From the NCBI GenBank assembly GCA_050015395.1, contig JBEKBM010000006.1, forward strand, positions 1-64,000: 64,000 nt of DNA, written 5' to 3'. This DNA comes from Candidatus Bathyarchaeia archaeon (GTDB lineage: Archaea > Thermoproteota > Bathyarchaeia > Bathyarchaeales > Bathycorpusculaceae). Positions 18,759 to 29,402 of this stretch are shown here, piece by piece. A program made the position numbers and the translations under genes. How positions within the stretch are numbered: the stretch's first letter is position 1; each line of letters begins with the position of its first letter. The notes below the pieces were generated by a model. The model made no database searches and had not been told where the DNA came from. It worked only from the letters and a program-made list of their open reading frames with translations.

Positions 18759-18844
18759 TATTTTTCTAAAATTTGTTGGCTTTGGTGTGCAGTCACATAT
18801 CTTTATTTTTGCTTTATGATTTAGGATAGCGTGAGGAATTTCTT

Positions 18845-21676
18845 TTGGAACAAACTAGCCAAAGTTATGCGCAACAGCAACCCATCGAGGCTAAAACCGC
18901 GACCAAGTACGTTTTTCTTTTCCAGGAAGGCAACGGCAAAGACAGGAAGCTTTTGGGTGGAAAAGGAGCTGGACTTTGCGAAATGACCCGTATAGGTTTG
19001 CCTGTTCCGCCTGGGTTCGTGATAACTACGCAAACATGCCTTGAATACTTTGACAATGGCTTCAAATTTCCAAAAGGCCTCACCAATCAAGTAAGGCAGG
19101 CAGTGACGGAAGTTGAGAGGATCATGAACTTGGGCTTTGGAAAACCGGAGAAACCGCTTCTGGTTTCAGTGCGCAGTGGAGCAGCAATATCGATGCCTGG
19201 AATGATGGATACTGTACTGAACCTTGGCATAAACGACAGCGCTGTTAAGGGGCTAATAAAACGTAGTGGTGATGAACGGTTCGGCTGGGATTCTTACAGG
19301 CGATTCATCTCGCTTTTCGGCAACATAGTCCTCAACATAAGCGACGAACAATTCCACTTGGCAATGGAGAGGCTTAAGGAAGGACGAAAAGTAACCCAAG
19401 ACGTCGAGCTGACATCGCAAGACATGCAAGAACTAGTTAACATTTTCAAGCAGATAATCATAGACAACACTGGCAAACCAATCCCGCAAGATCCATATGA
19501 GCAGCTTTTTATGGCGATAGAAGCAGTATTCGCATCTTGGAACGGCAAAAGAGCCGTAGATTACCGTCGAGAATTCAAAATCACCCCCAAAATAGCCAAT
19601 GGTACAGCAGCCAACGTGCAAACCATGGTGTTTGGCAACATGGGAGCAAACTCTGCCACGGGAGTTGCCTTCACAAGAGACCCAAGCACAGGCGAGAACG
19701 TGCTTTTCGGCGACTACCTTGACAGGGCACAAGGCGAAGACATAGTAGCAGGAATCAGAACTCCAAAGCCAATTTCGGAGATGAGGCGAACTATGCTGGA
19801 CATGTACAGGGAGCTTTTGAAGGTGCGCGAAACACTGGAGCATCATTTCAGGGAAGTGCAAGACATGGAGTTCACCATTGAAGAAGGCAAACTCTACATG
19901 CTTCAAACGCGCAACGCGAAAATGAACGCTGCAGCAAACATGAAAACTTCAGTTGACATGGTAAACGAAGCCTTAATCACCAAGGAGGAAGCGTTGCTTA
20001 GGCTAGATGCGTCACAGCTAACGCGGTTAATGTATTGTCAAATTGATCCAAATAACACCGTTGTACCTGTGGCTGTTGGTTTAGGTGCTTCTCCTGGTGC
20101 AGCTTCGGGCGAAGTAGTTTTCGATGCAGACGAAGCTGAGAGGCAAGCCAAAGCGGGGAAAAAGGTCATCTTGCTTAGGGAACAGACAAAGCCTGAAGAC
20201 ATTCACGGCTTCTTTGCTGCTCAGGGCATTTTAACTTCGGTCGGCGGCAAAACCAGCCACGCCGCAGTTGTTGCTAGGGGTATGGGTAAACCGTACGTTT
20301 CTGGAGCTGGCGACATCAAAATTAGTCATGTTGAAAACGTCGCTTATGTTGGCGGCAACAGAATTGTGCAGGGTGCAGTCGTCACGATTGATGGCGCTTC
20401 TGGCAAGGTTTGGCTTGGCGAAATCCCAATGGTTGAACCAGAAATCTCTGAGAATATGAATAAGATATTAGACTGGGCGGATGAGTTTCGCAGGCTTGGA
20501 GTACGAACGAACGCTGATACACCTTTAGATGCTGAGAAAGCGTTAAAGTTTGGCGCCGAAGGCGTAGGCTTGTGCCGTACCGAGCGCATGTTTAATGCTG
20601 CTGACCGCATCGGAATGTTCCAGGACATGATTTTGGCAGATAACCCTGAGGAACGGCTTGCTGCTTTGCGCCGTCTCTTGCCGTTGCAGAAGGATGATTT
20701 CAAGCAGATTTTACGAGTTATGCAAGGTTTCCCAGTTACGATTCGTTTGCTTGATCCTCCTTTGCATGAGTTTTTGCCTTCTGAGGAAGCGATTGAAAGA
20801 GAAATTGAAACTTTGCAGAAGTGTCAGGAAGCGTTAAGCAGCGTGTGCAGGTTGCCTCAGGTGCTCCGCGATATTGACCCTTCGCTTCAGTCGGTTTTAG
20901 TTGAGGATGACCATATGCTTTCGAATCTTGCTGAGCTGCAGTCTTCCGAATTAAACAAGAAGTTGGATACTTTGCAGAAAATCCGTACTTTAAGGGAAGT
21001 TAACCCGATGCTTGGTCACCGTGGTGTGCGGTTAGGGATTACTTATCCGGAGATTTATGAGATGCAGGTTGAAGCAATTTTGCTTGCGGCTGGCGAACTG
21101 ATTAAGGAAACTGTTCCTGTGAAGGTGGAGATTATGATTCCGCAGGTTTGCACAAGTCAGGAGCTTAAGCGTGTGTACGGCTTAATCCGTAGGGTTGAAC
21201 GCAGAGTAAAGGACCGGCTGGGAATAACTATCCCATACACAGTAGGCACCATGATTGAGGTGGTTCGCGCTTGCATGCGTGCTGGAAGGTTAGCTGAGCT
21301 GGCTGAATTCTTCAGTTTCGGCACTAACGATTTGACGCAGGCAACGTTTAGTTTTTCAAGAGAAGACGCTGAAAACAAGTTTTTGCCCTTCTATAATGAG
21401 CATAAGATTTTGCAGGATAACCCGTTTGAAATTTTGGATGTCAAAGGGGTTGGCAGGTTGATGGCTATCACGGTTGAATGGGGACGCAAAACAAGGCCTG
21501 ACCTCAAAATAGGAATTTGCGGTGAACATGGAGGAGAACCATCATCAATCGAGTTCTGCCACAGAATAAACTTGGATTATGTCAGTTGCTCGCCCTACAG
21601 GGTTCCAGTGGCACGATTGGCGGCTGCACAAGCCAGCATTAAAGAGAAAAAGGGCATGATAAAACCATTCCAATAA
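18845..21676 (+). CDS. ppdK: Pyruvate, phosphate dikinase
   Basis: LGGKGAGL, VSVRSGAAISMPGMMDT, GGKTSHAAVVARG (phospho-His), GLCRTE, FSFGTNDLTQ, GICGEHGG. Confidence 0.97.
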   Translation: MEQTSQSYAQQQPIEAKTATKYVFLFQEGNGKDRKLLGGKGAGLCEMTRIGLPVPPGFVITTQTCLEYFDNGFKFPKGLTNQVRQAVTEVERIMNLGFGKPEKPLLVSVRSGAAISMPGMMDTVLNLGINDSAVKGLIKRSGDERFGWDSYRRFISLFGNIVLNISDEQFHLAMERLKEGRKVTQDVELTSQDMQELVNIFKQIIIDNTGKPIPQDPYEQLFMAIEAVFASWNGKRAVDYRREFKITPKIANGTAANVQTMVFGNMGANSATGVAFTRDPSTGENVLFGDYLDRAQGEDIVAGIRTPKPISEMRRTMLDMYRELLKVRETLEHHFREVQDMEFTIEEGKLYMLQTRNAKMNAAANMKTSVDMVNEALITKEEALLRLDASQLTRLMYCQIDPNNTVVPVAVGLGASPGAASGEVVFDADEAERQAKAGKKVILLREQTKPEDIHGFFAAQGILTSVGGKTSHAAVVARGMGKPYVSGAGDIKISHVENVAYVGGNRIVQGAVVTIDGASGKVWLGEIPMVEPEISENMNKILDWADEFRRLGVRTNADTPLDAEKALKFGAEGVGLCRTERMFNAADRIGMFQDMILADNPEERLAALRRLLPLQKDDFKQILRVMQGFPVTIRLLDPPLHEFLPSEEAIEREIETLQKCQEALSSVCRLPQVLRDIDPSLQSVLVEDDHMLSNLAELQSSELNKKLDTLQKIRTLREVNPMLGHRGVRLGITYPEIYEMQVEAILLAAGELIKETVPVKVEIMIPQVCTSQELKRVYGLIRRVERRVKDRLGITIPYTVGTMIEVVRACMRAGRLAELAEFFSFGTNDLTQATFSFSREDAENKFLPFYNEHKILQDNPFEILDVKGVGRLMAITVEWGRKTRPDLKIGICGEHGGEPSSIEFCHRINLDYVSCSPYRVPVARLAAAQASIKEKKGMIKPFQ

Positions 21677-21861
21677 GCAAAAAATATCTTCCCTACCTCT
21701 TTTTGCAGTGTAAAGCGGGTTCTGTTAACTTGGTGGGAGATTACGGTAAAAGAGTTTTCGGTGTTAACTGTCGGGTCTTCCTGCAAACCCGAAACCGATA
21801 AGGCTCCATGCGTGTTAGCCTGCCCGAGTAAAGCAATCAACTGCACATGGAAGCCACAATA

Positions 21862-21885
21862 ATCAAAGGAGCGTCTTTGAGTCAT
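21862..21885 (-). pseudogene. Possible 5' stub of a deleted nucleotidyltransferase partner gene
   Basis: ATGA-coupled to the upstream HTH gene; MTQRRSFD, then a non-protein-like frame that runs into ppdK. Confidence 0.35.
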
Positions 21886-22820
21886 TCAACCGTCACCTTG
21901 TACTCGTTTGCTTTCGTGATAAATTCATTCCAGGTGGGTAGTGCTTGGTCTTTTTGTTGTGTGTGGTTTTTTAGGAATTGGAGCATGTCGGTTATTTGCT
22001 GCTTGAGTCCGAGTGTTTCTGCTTCTTGCAGTAGGTATGTTTTGTCTATTTGTTGTTCGGTTTTTTTAAGTAGCAAGAGGGCGTAAGTTGTGTACCGCGC
22101 GTTGTTAGGTTCTATCAATAATGTGTGTAGTATGGCATCTTCTGGTTTGATGGTTTTCTTGTTTGACGAGTAAAAGTAGATGTCGAATTCTGAGAAAAGT
22201 GGAAGGTCGTATTGATGGAATATTGAGGTAGCTGTTTGATGAAAGTTCTCGGATGGTGGTTTGGCGTTCTTGGGGACTCTGATTAGGAACTCCAGGTCTT
22301 CTTGCCAGAGCATAACTGAATTATCTGATATTGTGCGCGCGAGCTTGTCGGCATAGAATTTTTGGTATTCGTTTAGGAACTGGATGAGAAGGCTGAATCG
22401 TGGGTTAATGGTATTTGTTTGCGTGATTATTCCTCGGGCTTTTAAGTTTTTGAGGTGACGCCAACGAGTGTTTTTTGGAATATAGAGAGTTTTTCCAGAT
22501 TTGGTTAAAGTTTGAAAGAGAATTTCGATTGCCTTGCCGCTCAGTATGTTTTCCCAGTCGATGTAATCATAAAATGATAGTAGGTCTCTGAATAGGGCAG
22601 CGTGTTTTGAATCGTTAAAGTACGCTTGCTTTTTGTATGTTTGTTTGGTTGTTTTGATGAGCCCTTTGTTCTGAAGCTTCTTTAGGTTGTATGACAGAAG
22701 TGACGGTTTGATAGAGAGTGCATCTTCTATTGAGGATAACTCGTGTTTTCCTTTGGATAGTTCTTTGAGTATCTGTAATTCTGGTTTGCTAAACGAGTAG
22801 TCCAGGCTCACAGTTTTCAT
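21882..22820 (-). CDS. Double wHTH protein, antitoxin-like (AbiEi-type architecture)
   Basis: N-terminal MarR-like HTH, a second HTH, and C-terminal EFLIRVP...TATSIF..Y.L...PEDAILHTL....ARYTTYALLLL. Confidence 0.7.
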   Translation of the reverse strand: MKTVSLDYSFSKPELQILKELSKGKHELSSIEDALSIKPSLLSYNLKKLQNKGLIKTTKQTYKKQAYFNDSKHAALFRDLLSFYDYIDWENILSGKAIEILFQTLTKSGKTLYIPKNTRWRHLKNLKARGIITQTNTINPRFSLLIQFLNEYQKFYADKLARTISDNSVMLWQEDLEFLIRVPKNAKPPSENFHQTATSIFHQYDLPLFSEFDIYFYSSNKKTIKPEDAILHTLLIEPNNARYTTYALLLLKKTEQQIDKTYLLQEAETLGLKQQITDMLQFLKNHTQQKDQALPTWNEFITKANEYKVTVE

Positions 22821-22949
22821 AAGGTTCCATAAGATTGAAATAATATATAAGCTTTTAAATTATATGGGACAGAAAAAGCTTAAGCAACTGAATAAACGCA
22901 AGCTAAAGCCTGTTAAAGCATATTTGAAGCAATTTAACAATAAACTCCA

Positions 22950-23093
22950 TTTTAGCAACATCAAAAACACATAAATCTACATTGAAAAGTGCGGGAATTG
23001 CGTCTATGTTGAACTATGTTGAATCATATTTGGGGCATATTAGGATCATCTAGTAGACCGAGGAGGTAGGTTGTGCACACACACAAATACCCT
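22950..23093 (-). repeat. ~150 bp repeat, copy B (inverted relative to 3125..3285)
   Basis: CTATGTTGAATCATATTTGGGGCATATTAGGATCATCTAGTAGACCGAGGAGGTAGG..CACACACAAATACCCT. Confidence 0.9.
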
Positions 23094-23236
23094 ATCTAAG
23101 CCGAAATCTCACGCCAAGTTAACAGAACCGTTGTAGCAACCTATCCCACGAAAATTAACATGGAGAACAAATCCCACGCCAAGTTACCAGAACCGTAAAG
23201 CAGTAAACTAATAGGATACCCCTTCCCTATTCACTA

Positions 23237-23584
23237 TTATATTGTGTAGTTGTCGCCTGTTTTGCTTTCTTCCGTCCTGTAAAAAGTAATGCAAAGCTTG
23301 CAGAAGTCAAGTGTCACTTCGTCCCAGTTTGTTTCTTGGTTTGCGAGGCGTTTGGCGGTTTCTTTGGCTTCTGCTTGGATTCTGGGTAGGACGTCGGTGA
23401 ATTTTTCGGTGCTTTTGATGGCACGTTTTGAGTTTATGTATTGGCTTACTGCTGCTTGGGTTGTTTTGAGTTTTTTTGCCGCTTCAACCTGTGTTAAATG
23501 GTAAGTGTTAATGAGTTCTTTGGCAACAAGGGACCTGAAGACGGGAAGTACGAATTTTCCTATGGTTTCGCATCGAGCACTCAT
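23237..23584 (-). CDS. Archaeal HTH transcriptional regulator (COG2522-like)
   Basis: CETIGKFVLPVFRSLVAKEL...LTQVEAAKKLKTTQAAVSQYINSKR...FCKLC. Confidence 0.85.
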   Translation of the reverse strand: MSARCETIGKFVLPVFRSLVAKELINTYHLTQVEAAKKLKTTQAAVSQYINSKRAIKSTEKFTDVLPRIQAEAKETAKRLANQETNWDEVTLDFCKLCITFYRTEESKTGDNYTI

Positions 23585-23736
23585 TTTGATTCCGCAAATA
23601 TAACAGCTTTATACTTAATAAATTGGACGTTGAAAGCACGACTGGGCTGGCTTGTGGTGGGCATTAGGGGGGAGAGGGGTATCATTTTTGTTATAGAATT
23701 TCATTATCAAAAATTAGATATAGGTAGGGCATTTTG

Positions 23737-24291
23737 CTAAATCATTCTTAGCAAATCTGCCTTGGTAATTATGCCTATTACTTCGCCTTTTTTTGAAACC
23801 AAAACAGCCGAGTAAGTTTGCAAAAGGCTCGATATTAACGCTAATGGCGCGTCTTCGTTTATTTGTGGAAATGCTTCTTCCATGATTTCCTCGGTAGGTA
23901 ACTTGGAAATCTCATCAAGGTCTTTTCCCGCCATAATTTGGCGCAGGATAGCTTTTTCTGATATGCTGCCAACGGAATGTTTGCCATCGAAGACGGGTAT
24001 CTGTGAGTAACCATGTTCCTTCATTATTTTTACCACTTTTGATATGGGCTCGTCTTTTTGGACTGTGACAACGTTTTTGTGGAGCACTTTGTCCGCTTGA
24101 ACTTTTGTTTTGAACTCTAATCGGTCCAGCACATCGAATATTGTTTTTACTTTGGTGTAGGATGAGTCGATGGTTCCTGTTTCCAGTTTGGCGATTAGGG
24201 ATTGGCTTACGCCTGCCATTTTGGCTAGTTCTGATTGTTTTAGGCCTAGTTGGCGTCTGCGTTTGGCGATGTCGTCTAAGGTTGGGAACAT
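23737..24291 (-). CDS. XRE-HTH + CBS-pair transcriptional regulator
   Basis: RRQLGLKQSELAKMAGVSQSLIAKLETG plus a CBS pair ending GIITKADLL; divergent from the met genes. Confidence 0.9.
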   Translation of the reverse strand: MFPTLDDIAKRRRQLGLKQSELAKMAGVSQSLIAKLETGTIDSSYTKVKTIFDVLDRLEFKTKVQADKVLHKNVVTVQKDEPISKVVKIMKEHGYSQIPVFDGKHSVGSISEKAILRQIMAGKDLDEISKLPTEEIMEEAFPQINEDAPLALISSLLQTYSAVLVSKKGEVIGIITKADLLRMI

Positions 24292-24356
24292 GGTTTAGTA
24301 ATTGGTGGTGTAGGGTAATATTCTTTTTGGAATATTTTTTGCAAAAACCAATATAA

Positions 24357-25700
<1,344 letters not shown>

Positions 25701-25714
25701 ACCTTACGAATTTT

Positions 25715-26860
25715 TTGGAGGCAATACATTTAGCAACAATTAACCAAGCCCTTCAAGACTCTGAAATAAAGCACTTTACATTCGCTAACCCACCGGAGGA
25801 ACTAGCTCTTGAATCAGGCGAGAAACTTGGTCCAATAACGCTTGCCTACGAAACTTACGGCGAGCTCAACGCTCAAAAATCAAACGCGATTCTTGTGCTT
25901 CATGCGCTCAGCGGTGACGCCCATGCAGGTGGAGCCGATGGCTGGTGGGACAGCTTAATTGGTCCAGGTAAAGGCTTAGACACGAACAAGTATTTTGTAT
26001 TCTGCTCCAACGTTATCGGCGGCTGCCGAGGTTCCATTGGTCCCTCTTCCATTAATCCGAAAACTTGCAAACCCTACGGCACCGACTTTCCCCTAATTTC
26101 AATTGGCGACATGGTGAACGCTCAAGTTCGCTTAATTGACCATTTAGGCATAGAGAAACTTCTCTCCGTCATTGGCGGCTCCATGGGCGGCATGCAAGCT
26201 CTCCAGTGGATGGTTTCCTATCCTGAAAGAATACGGTCTGCCATACCAATCGCAACAACATTGAAGCATACGCCCCAGCAGATAGCGTTCAACGAGGTTG
26301 GCCGCCAAGCAATCATGGCTGATCCCGACTGGAAGAATGGGTACTATTATGGCTCAACGGTTCCAGCGAAAGGCTTAGCTGTAGCACGAATGATTGGGCA
26401 CATAACCTACATGAGCGATGCTTCAATGGCTGAAAAATTCGGAAGACGCCTCCGAGAAGACATAGAACCCTTCAAGTTCGGCGCAGAGTTTGAGGTTGAA
26501 GGCTACTTGCATTATCGAGGCGACAACTTTGTCAAACGATTTGATGCCAACTCGTACCTCTACATTACCAAAGCCATAGATTACTTCAACATTCTCAACG
26601 GAAAAAACCTTGCCAACATCTTTAGCGGGTTAAAGGCAAAAGTGCTCGTAATATCCTTCAAATCGGACTGGCTATACCCATCGTATCAGTCTCAAGAAAT
26701 CGTGAAAGCCTGCAAACTGGCAGGAGTCGACACCACCTACTGCGAAATAAACTCAACTTACGGTCACGACGCATTCCTTCTAGAAACAGAACAAGAAACC
26801 CAGTTAATCAAACACTTCCTCAACACAGTATCAAACGGACACAACGGCGGTGCACAATGA
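25715..26860 (+). CDS. metX: Homoserine O-acetyltransferase
   Basis: HALSG, GGSMGGM nucleophile motif, FDANSY, YGHDAFL. Confidence 0.95.
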   Translation: MEAIHLATINQALQDSEIKHFTFANPPEELALESGEKLGPITLAYETYGELNAQKSNAILVLHALSGDAHAGGADGWWDSLIGPGKGLDTNKYFVFCSNVIGGCRGSIGPSSINPKTCKPYGTDFPLISIGDMVNAQVRLIDHLGIEKLLSVIGGSMGGMQALQWMVSYPERIRSAIPIATTLKHTPQQIAFNEVGRQAIMADPDWKNGYYYGSTVPAKGLAVARMIGHITYMSDASMAEKFGRRLREDIEPFKFGAEFEVEGYLHYRGDNFVKRFDANSYLYITKAIDYFNILNGKNLANIFSGLKAKVLVISFKSDWLYPSYQSQEIVKACKLAGVDTTYCEINSTYGHDAFLLETEQETQLIKHFLNTVSNGHNGGAQ

Positions 26861-27456
26861 AGCAGTCGCCAGTAAAAACAGGGCACAAAATCATCCTAAA
26901 CTGGATTAGCAAAGAGGCATCGGTACTGGACCTTGGATGCGGCGACGGAGAACTTTTAGCAATCCTAATAAGCGAGAAGCAGGTGCATGCGCAGGGAATA
27001 GAACTAAGCGAAAACTCTATTCACCGATGCGTAGCCCAAGGATTAAGCGTTTTTCAACAAGACATAGACACAGGCCTCTCCGAATACGCCGACAACTCAT
27101 TCGACTACGTTATACTAAACCAAACACTACAGCAAGTGAAAAAACCAGACTTTGCCCTGAAAGAGGCCTTGCGAGTAGGAAAAAAGGTTATTGTCAGCTT
27201 CCCCAATTTCGTGCAAGCCTCAGCCAGATTCCAAATATTCTTCAAAGGAAGAGTCCCAATAACCAAAGCACTGCCCTACGAGTGGTATGATACACCAAAC
27301 CTTCACTTTTTAGGCGTTGCCGACTTCAAAGAATACTGCAAAAAAAGAAACATTCACATTGAAAATTCAGCATTTATTCGGAAAAATAAACAAGTCAAAC
27401 TTTTTCCAAACTTATTTGCAGAAATTGGATTGTTTGTTTGTTCAAAATATGCTTAA
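26857..27456 (+). CDS. metW: Methionine biosynthesis protein MetW
   Basis: [33 protein letters not shown]; ATGA overlap with metX. Confidence 0.93.
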   Translation: MKQSPVKTGHKIILNWISKEASVLDLGCGDGELLAILISEKQVHAQGIELSENSIHRCVAQGLSVFQQDIDTGLSEYADNSFDYVILNQTLQQVKKPDFALKEALRVGKKVIVSFPNFVQASARFQIFFKGRVPITKALPYEWYDTPNLHFLGVADFKEYCKKRNIHIENSAFIRKNKQVKLFPNLFAEIGLFVCSKYA

Positions 27457-27742
27457 GTCGCCATCAAAAAAGTAAAGGAGTACCAAAAGGCAGGAATCCC
27501 CATGCTACCCGTTACGGCTGGCATAAGGAGAGCTTCAAAGTGTTTTTATTCTCGATGCCTTATTTAATGTGCCTAATGCTGGGATTAATTATCGACAAAA
27601 TCGTGTTCATCTAAACCTTCGGCCAAGAAAACGTTAAGTTTATGATCAATAAGCAAATATATTTTGAACTCTACCTTTGAAGCATTGTTTTTCAGGCAAC
27701 CTGAACCAGAAAAGGATAGTGCAGCAAAATCACCAATCTGGC

Positions 27743-28618
27743 TTAATCGTGCTTTCGCTGAAAATTAGATAGAACGCTTCTGATTCTTGGAGGAATGAAC
27801 CTAACAAACAAGTAAAAGACGAACACGATGCTTGTAATGAAGAAGCTCACTGGGTACGGCTCATAAAAAGCGATAAAGAGCCCCAACCACGTTGCTATCA
27901 GAGCAATGGCTACAGAAATAATTATGACCTGCCGCGGTCGTTTTGCCAATTGCTGAGCGGTCGCAGCTGGCGTGACCATCAATGAGAAGATGAGAAGGAC
28001 GCCAACTACTTGGACCGCAATCGACGTTGCGACCGCGACTAGGAGCATGAAAATTATGCCGAGCAAAAGTACGGGCATTCCTTTTGCTTCCGCCACATCT
28101 TCATCGAGCGATGCAAACAGGAGAGGTCGATATACCGCCGCGATGAGAAACAGAATTATCACGCCGGCAACGAGGGTCAAAAGGACATCGCTGAAACTGA
28201 TGCCCAGTATTTCTCCAAACAAGATGGAGTACGCCTCGGTTGCATAGCCGGTGTAGAGACTAATGAACAACACACCAAGGCCGAGCATGAATGCGAGAAC
28301 CGTTCCAATCTGGACGTCACGCTGTGCGGCGCGCCGGCCAAGCGCGGCTATCCCAAGTCCGCCCACGCTTGTGAACAGGAGAAGACCGTAAACTGGGTTG
28401 ACTGCGAATAATACGGCCGCCGCTGCCCCAGAGAAACCGATGTGGGAGAGCGCGTGCGCTGCGAATGATGAACGACGCAACACAACGAAATAGCCGACAA
28501 TGCCCGCGACGATTGCGACCGCTGTTCCTGCCTCGAAGGCATGCTGCATGAACTGGTACTGAAGCATTTGTTGCAGGTCGATCCATGGATTAATGCTGAA
28601 GGTCATTCTGGTTGACAC
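27743..28618 (-). CDS. Zn/Mn ABC transporter permease
   Basis: HALSHIGFSG, LFGEILGI, VGVLLIFSLMVTPAATA. Confidence 0.93.
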   Translation of the reverse strand: MSTRMTFSINPWIDLQQMLQYQFMQHAFEAGTAVAIVAGIVGYFVVLRRSSFAAHALSHIGFSGAAAAVLFAVNPVYGLLLFTSVGGLGIAALGRRAAQRDVQIGTVLAFMLGLGVLFISLYTGYATEAYSILFGEILGISFSDVLLTLVAGVIILFLIAAVYRPLLFASLDEDVAEAKGMPVLLLGIIFMLLVAVATSIAVQVVGVLLIFSLMVTPAATAQQLAKRPRQVIIISVAIALIATWLGLFIAFYEPYPVSFFITSIVFVFYLFVRFIPPRIRSVLSNFQRKHD

Positions 28619-29400
28619 CCGTGGACATCTTCAATGCCTACAACTCCAATGTTGCCCCTAGAGTCTCGAAGAACCTCAACGTGAACTCCGAACAAAGCCG
28701 AGAGGCACTCTGACGTCAGGACCTCTTGCGGCGTCCCAGTCGCCACCTTGCCATTGGCGATGTAGACCACCTTATCAAGATAAGGCAAAAGAGGGTTAAT
28801 ATTATGGGCTATCAGCAGCGCAGTCACGTTACGCGCTTGAACCACACTGTTTATAAGCTGTAGCAATTCTCTTTCGCGCCTCATGTCAAGATTCGACAAC
28901 GGCTCATCGAGCAACAGGACAGAGGGGTTGCTCACCAGCGCCTCGGCCAGAAATATTCTCTGCAGTTCTCCGCCTGACAACACACCGAGAGAACGATGAG
29001 CCAAATCTGTCGCTCCAACCGCTTCCAGCGCGTCGAGAGCGGCTTTGCGGTCGTTTTTGGAGAACAGTCCCAGACCCCACTGTTTGCCGGAGAATCCCAG
29101 TCGCACAAGTTCAAGAGATTCAACATTCGTTTCACCGTCGAATATGTGACGCTGAGGCACGTAACCAATCTGCGGATTACCACGCTTAGGCGCTGCATCG
29201 AATATCTTGATCGTGCCGCTGACGGGTTGCTGCAACCCAAGGAGCAAACGAAACAGAGTTGTCTTTCCCGCTCCGTTAGGGCCGATAACCGCGACAAACT
29301 CGCCGCGATTAATGGCGAAACTGGCGTCTCGCCAAACTATGTTGTCCGGGTAGCCGGCCACTAGATTCTTGGATGTGATGATGTCGTACTGTGCGGTCAT
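28603..29400 (-). CDS. Zn/Mn ABC transporter ATPase
   Basis: GPNGAGKTT, GYVPQ, LSGGELQR, LLLDEP. Confidence 0.94.
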   Translation of the reverse strand: MTAQYDIITSKNLVAGYPDNIVWRDASFAINRGEFVAVIGPNGAGKTTLFRLLLGLQQPVSGTIKIFDAAPKRGNPQIGYVPQRHIFDGETNVESLELVRLGFSGKQWGLGLFSKNDRKAALDALEAVGATDLAHRSLGVLSGGELQRIFLAEALVSNPSVLLLDEPLSNLDMRRERELLQLINSVVQARNVTALLIAHNINPLLPYLDKVVYIANGKVATGTPQEVLTSECLSALFGVHVEVLRDSRGNIGVVGIEDVHGCQPE

Positions 29401-29402
29401 TG

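Larger units (their letters stand above)
21718..23194. mobile_element. Non-autonomous IS6-like element with passenger gene
   Basis: Left end GGTTCTGTTAACTTGGTGGGAGATT; inverted copies at 23105..23129 and 23170..23194; flanks GTAAAGCG / GTAAAGCA; no transposase inside. Confidence 0.72.

Noticed and set aside
21595-21885. 96-aa ORF as a real gene
   Set aside because: Crosses the element end and overlaps ppdK antisense; only the first codons may be a gene relic
23104-23196. Mini CRISPR array (28-bp repeats, 37-bp spacer)
   Set aside because: Only two units, the spacer is itself a degenerate repeat copy, no cas genes or leader are present, and an inverted copy plus target duplication explains it better as IS ends
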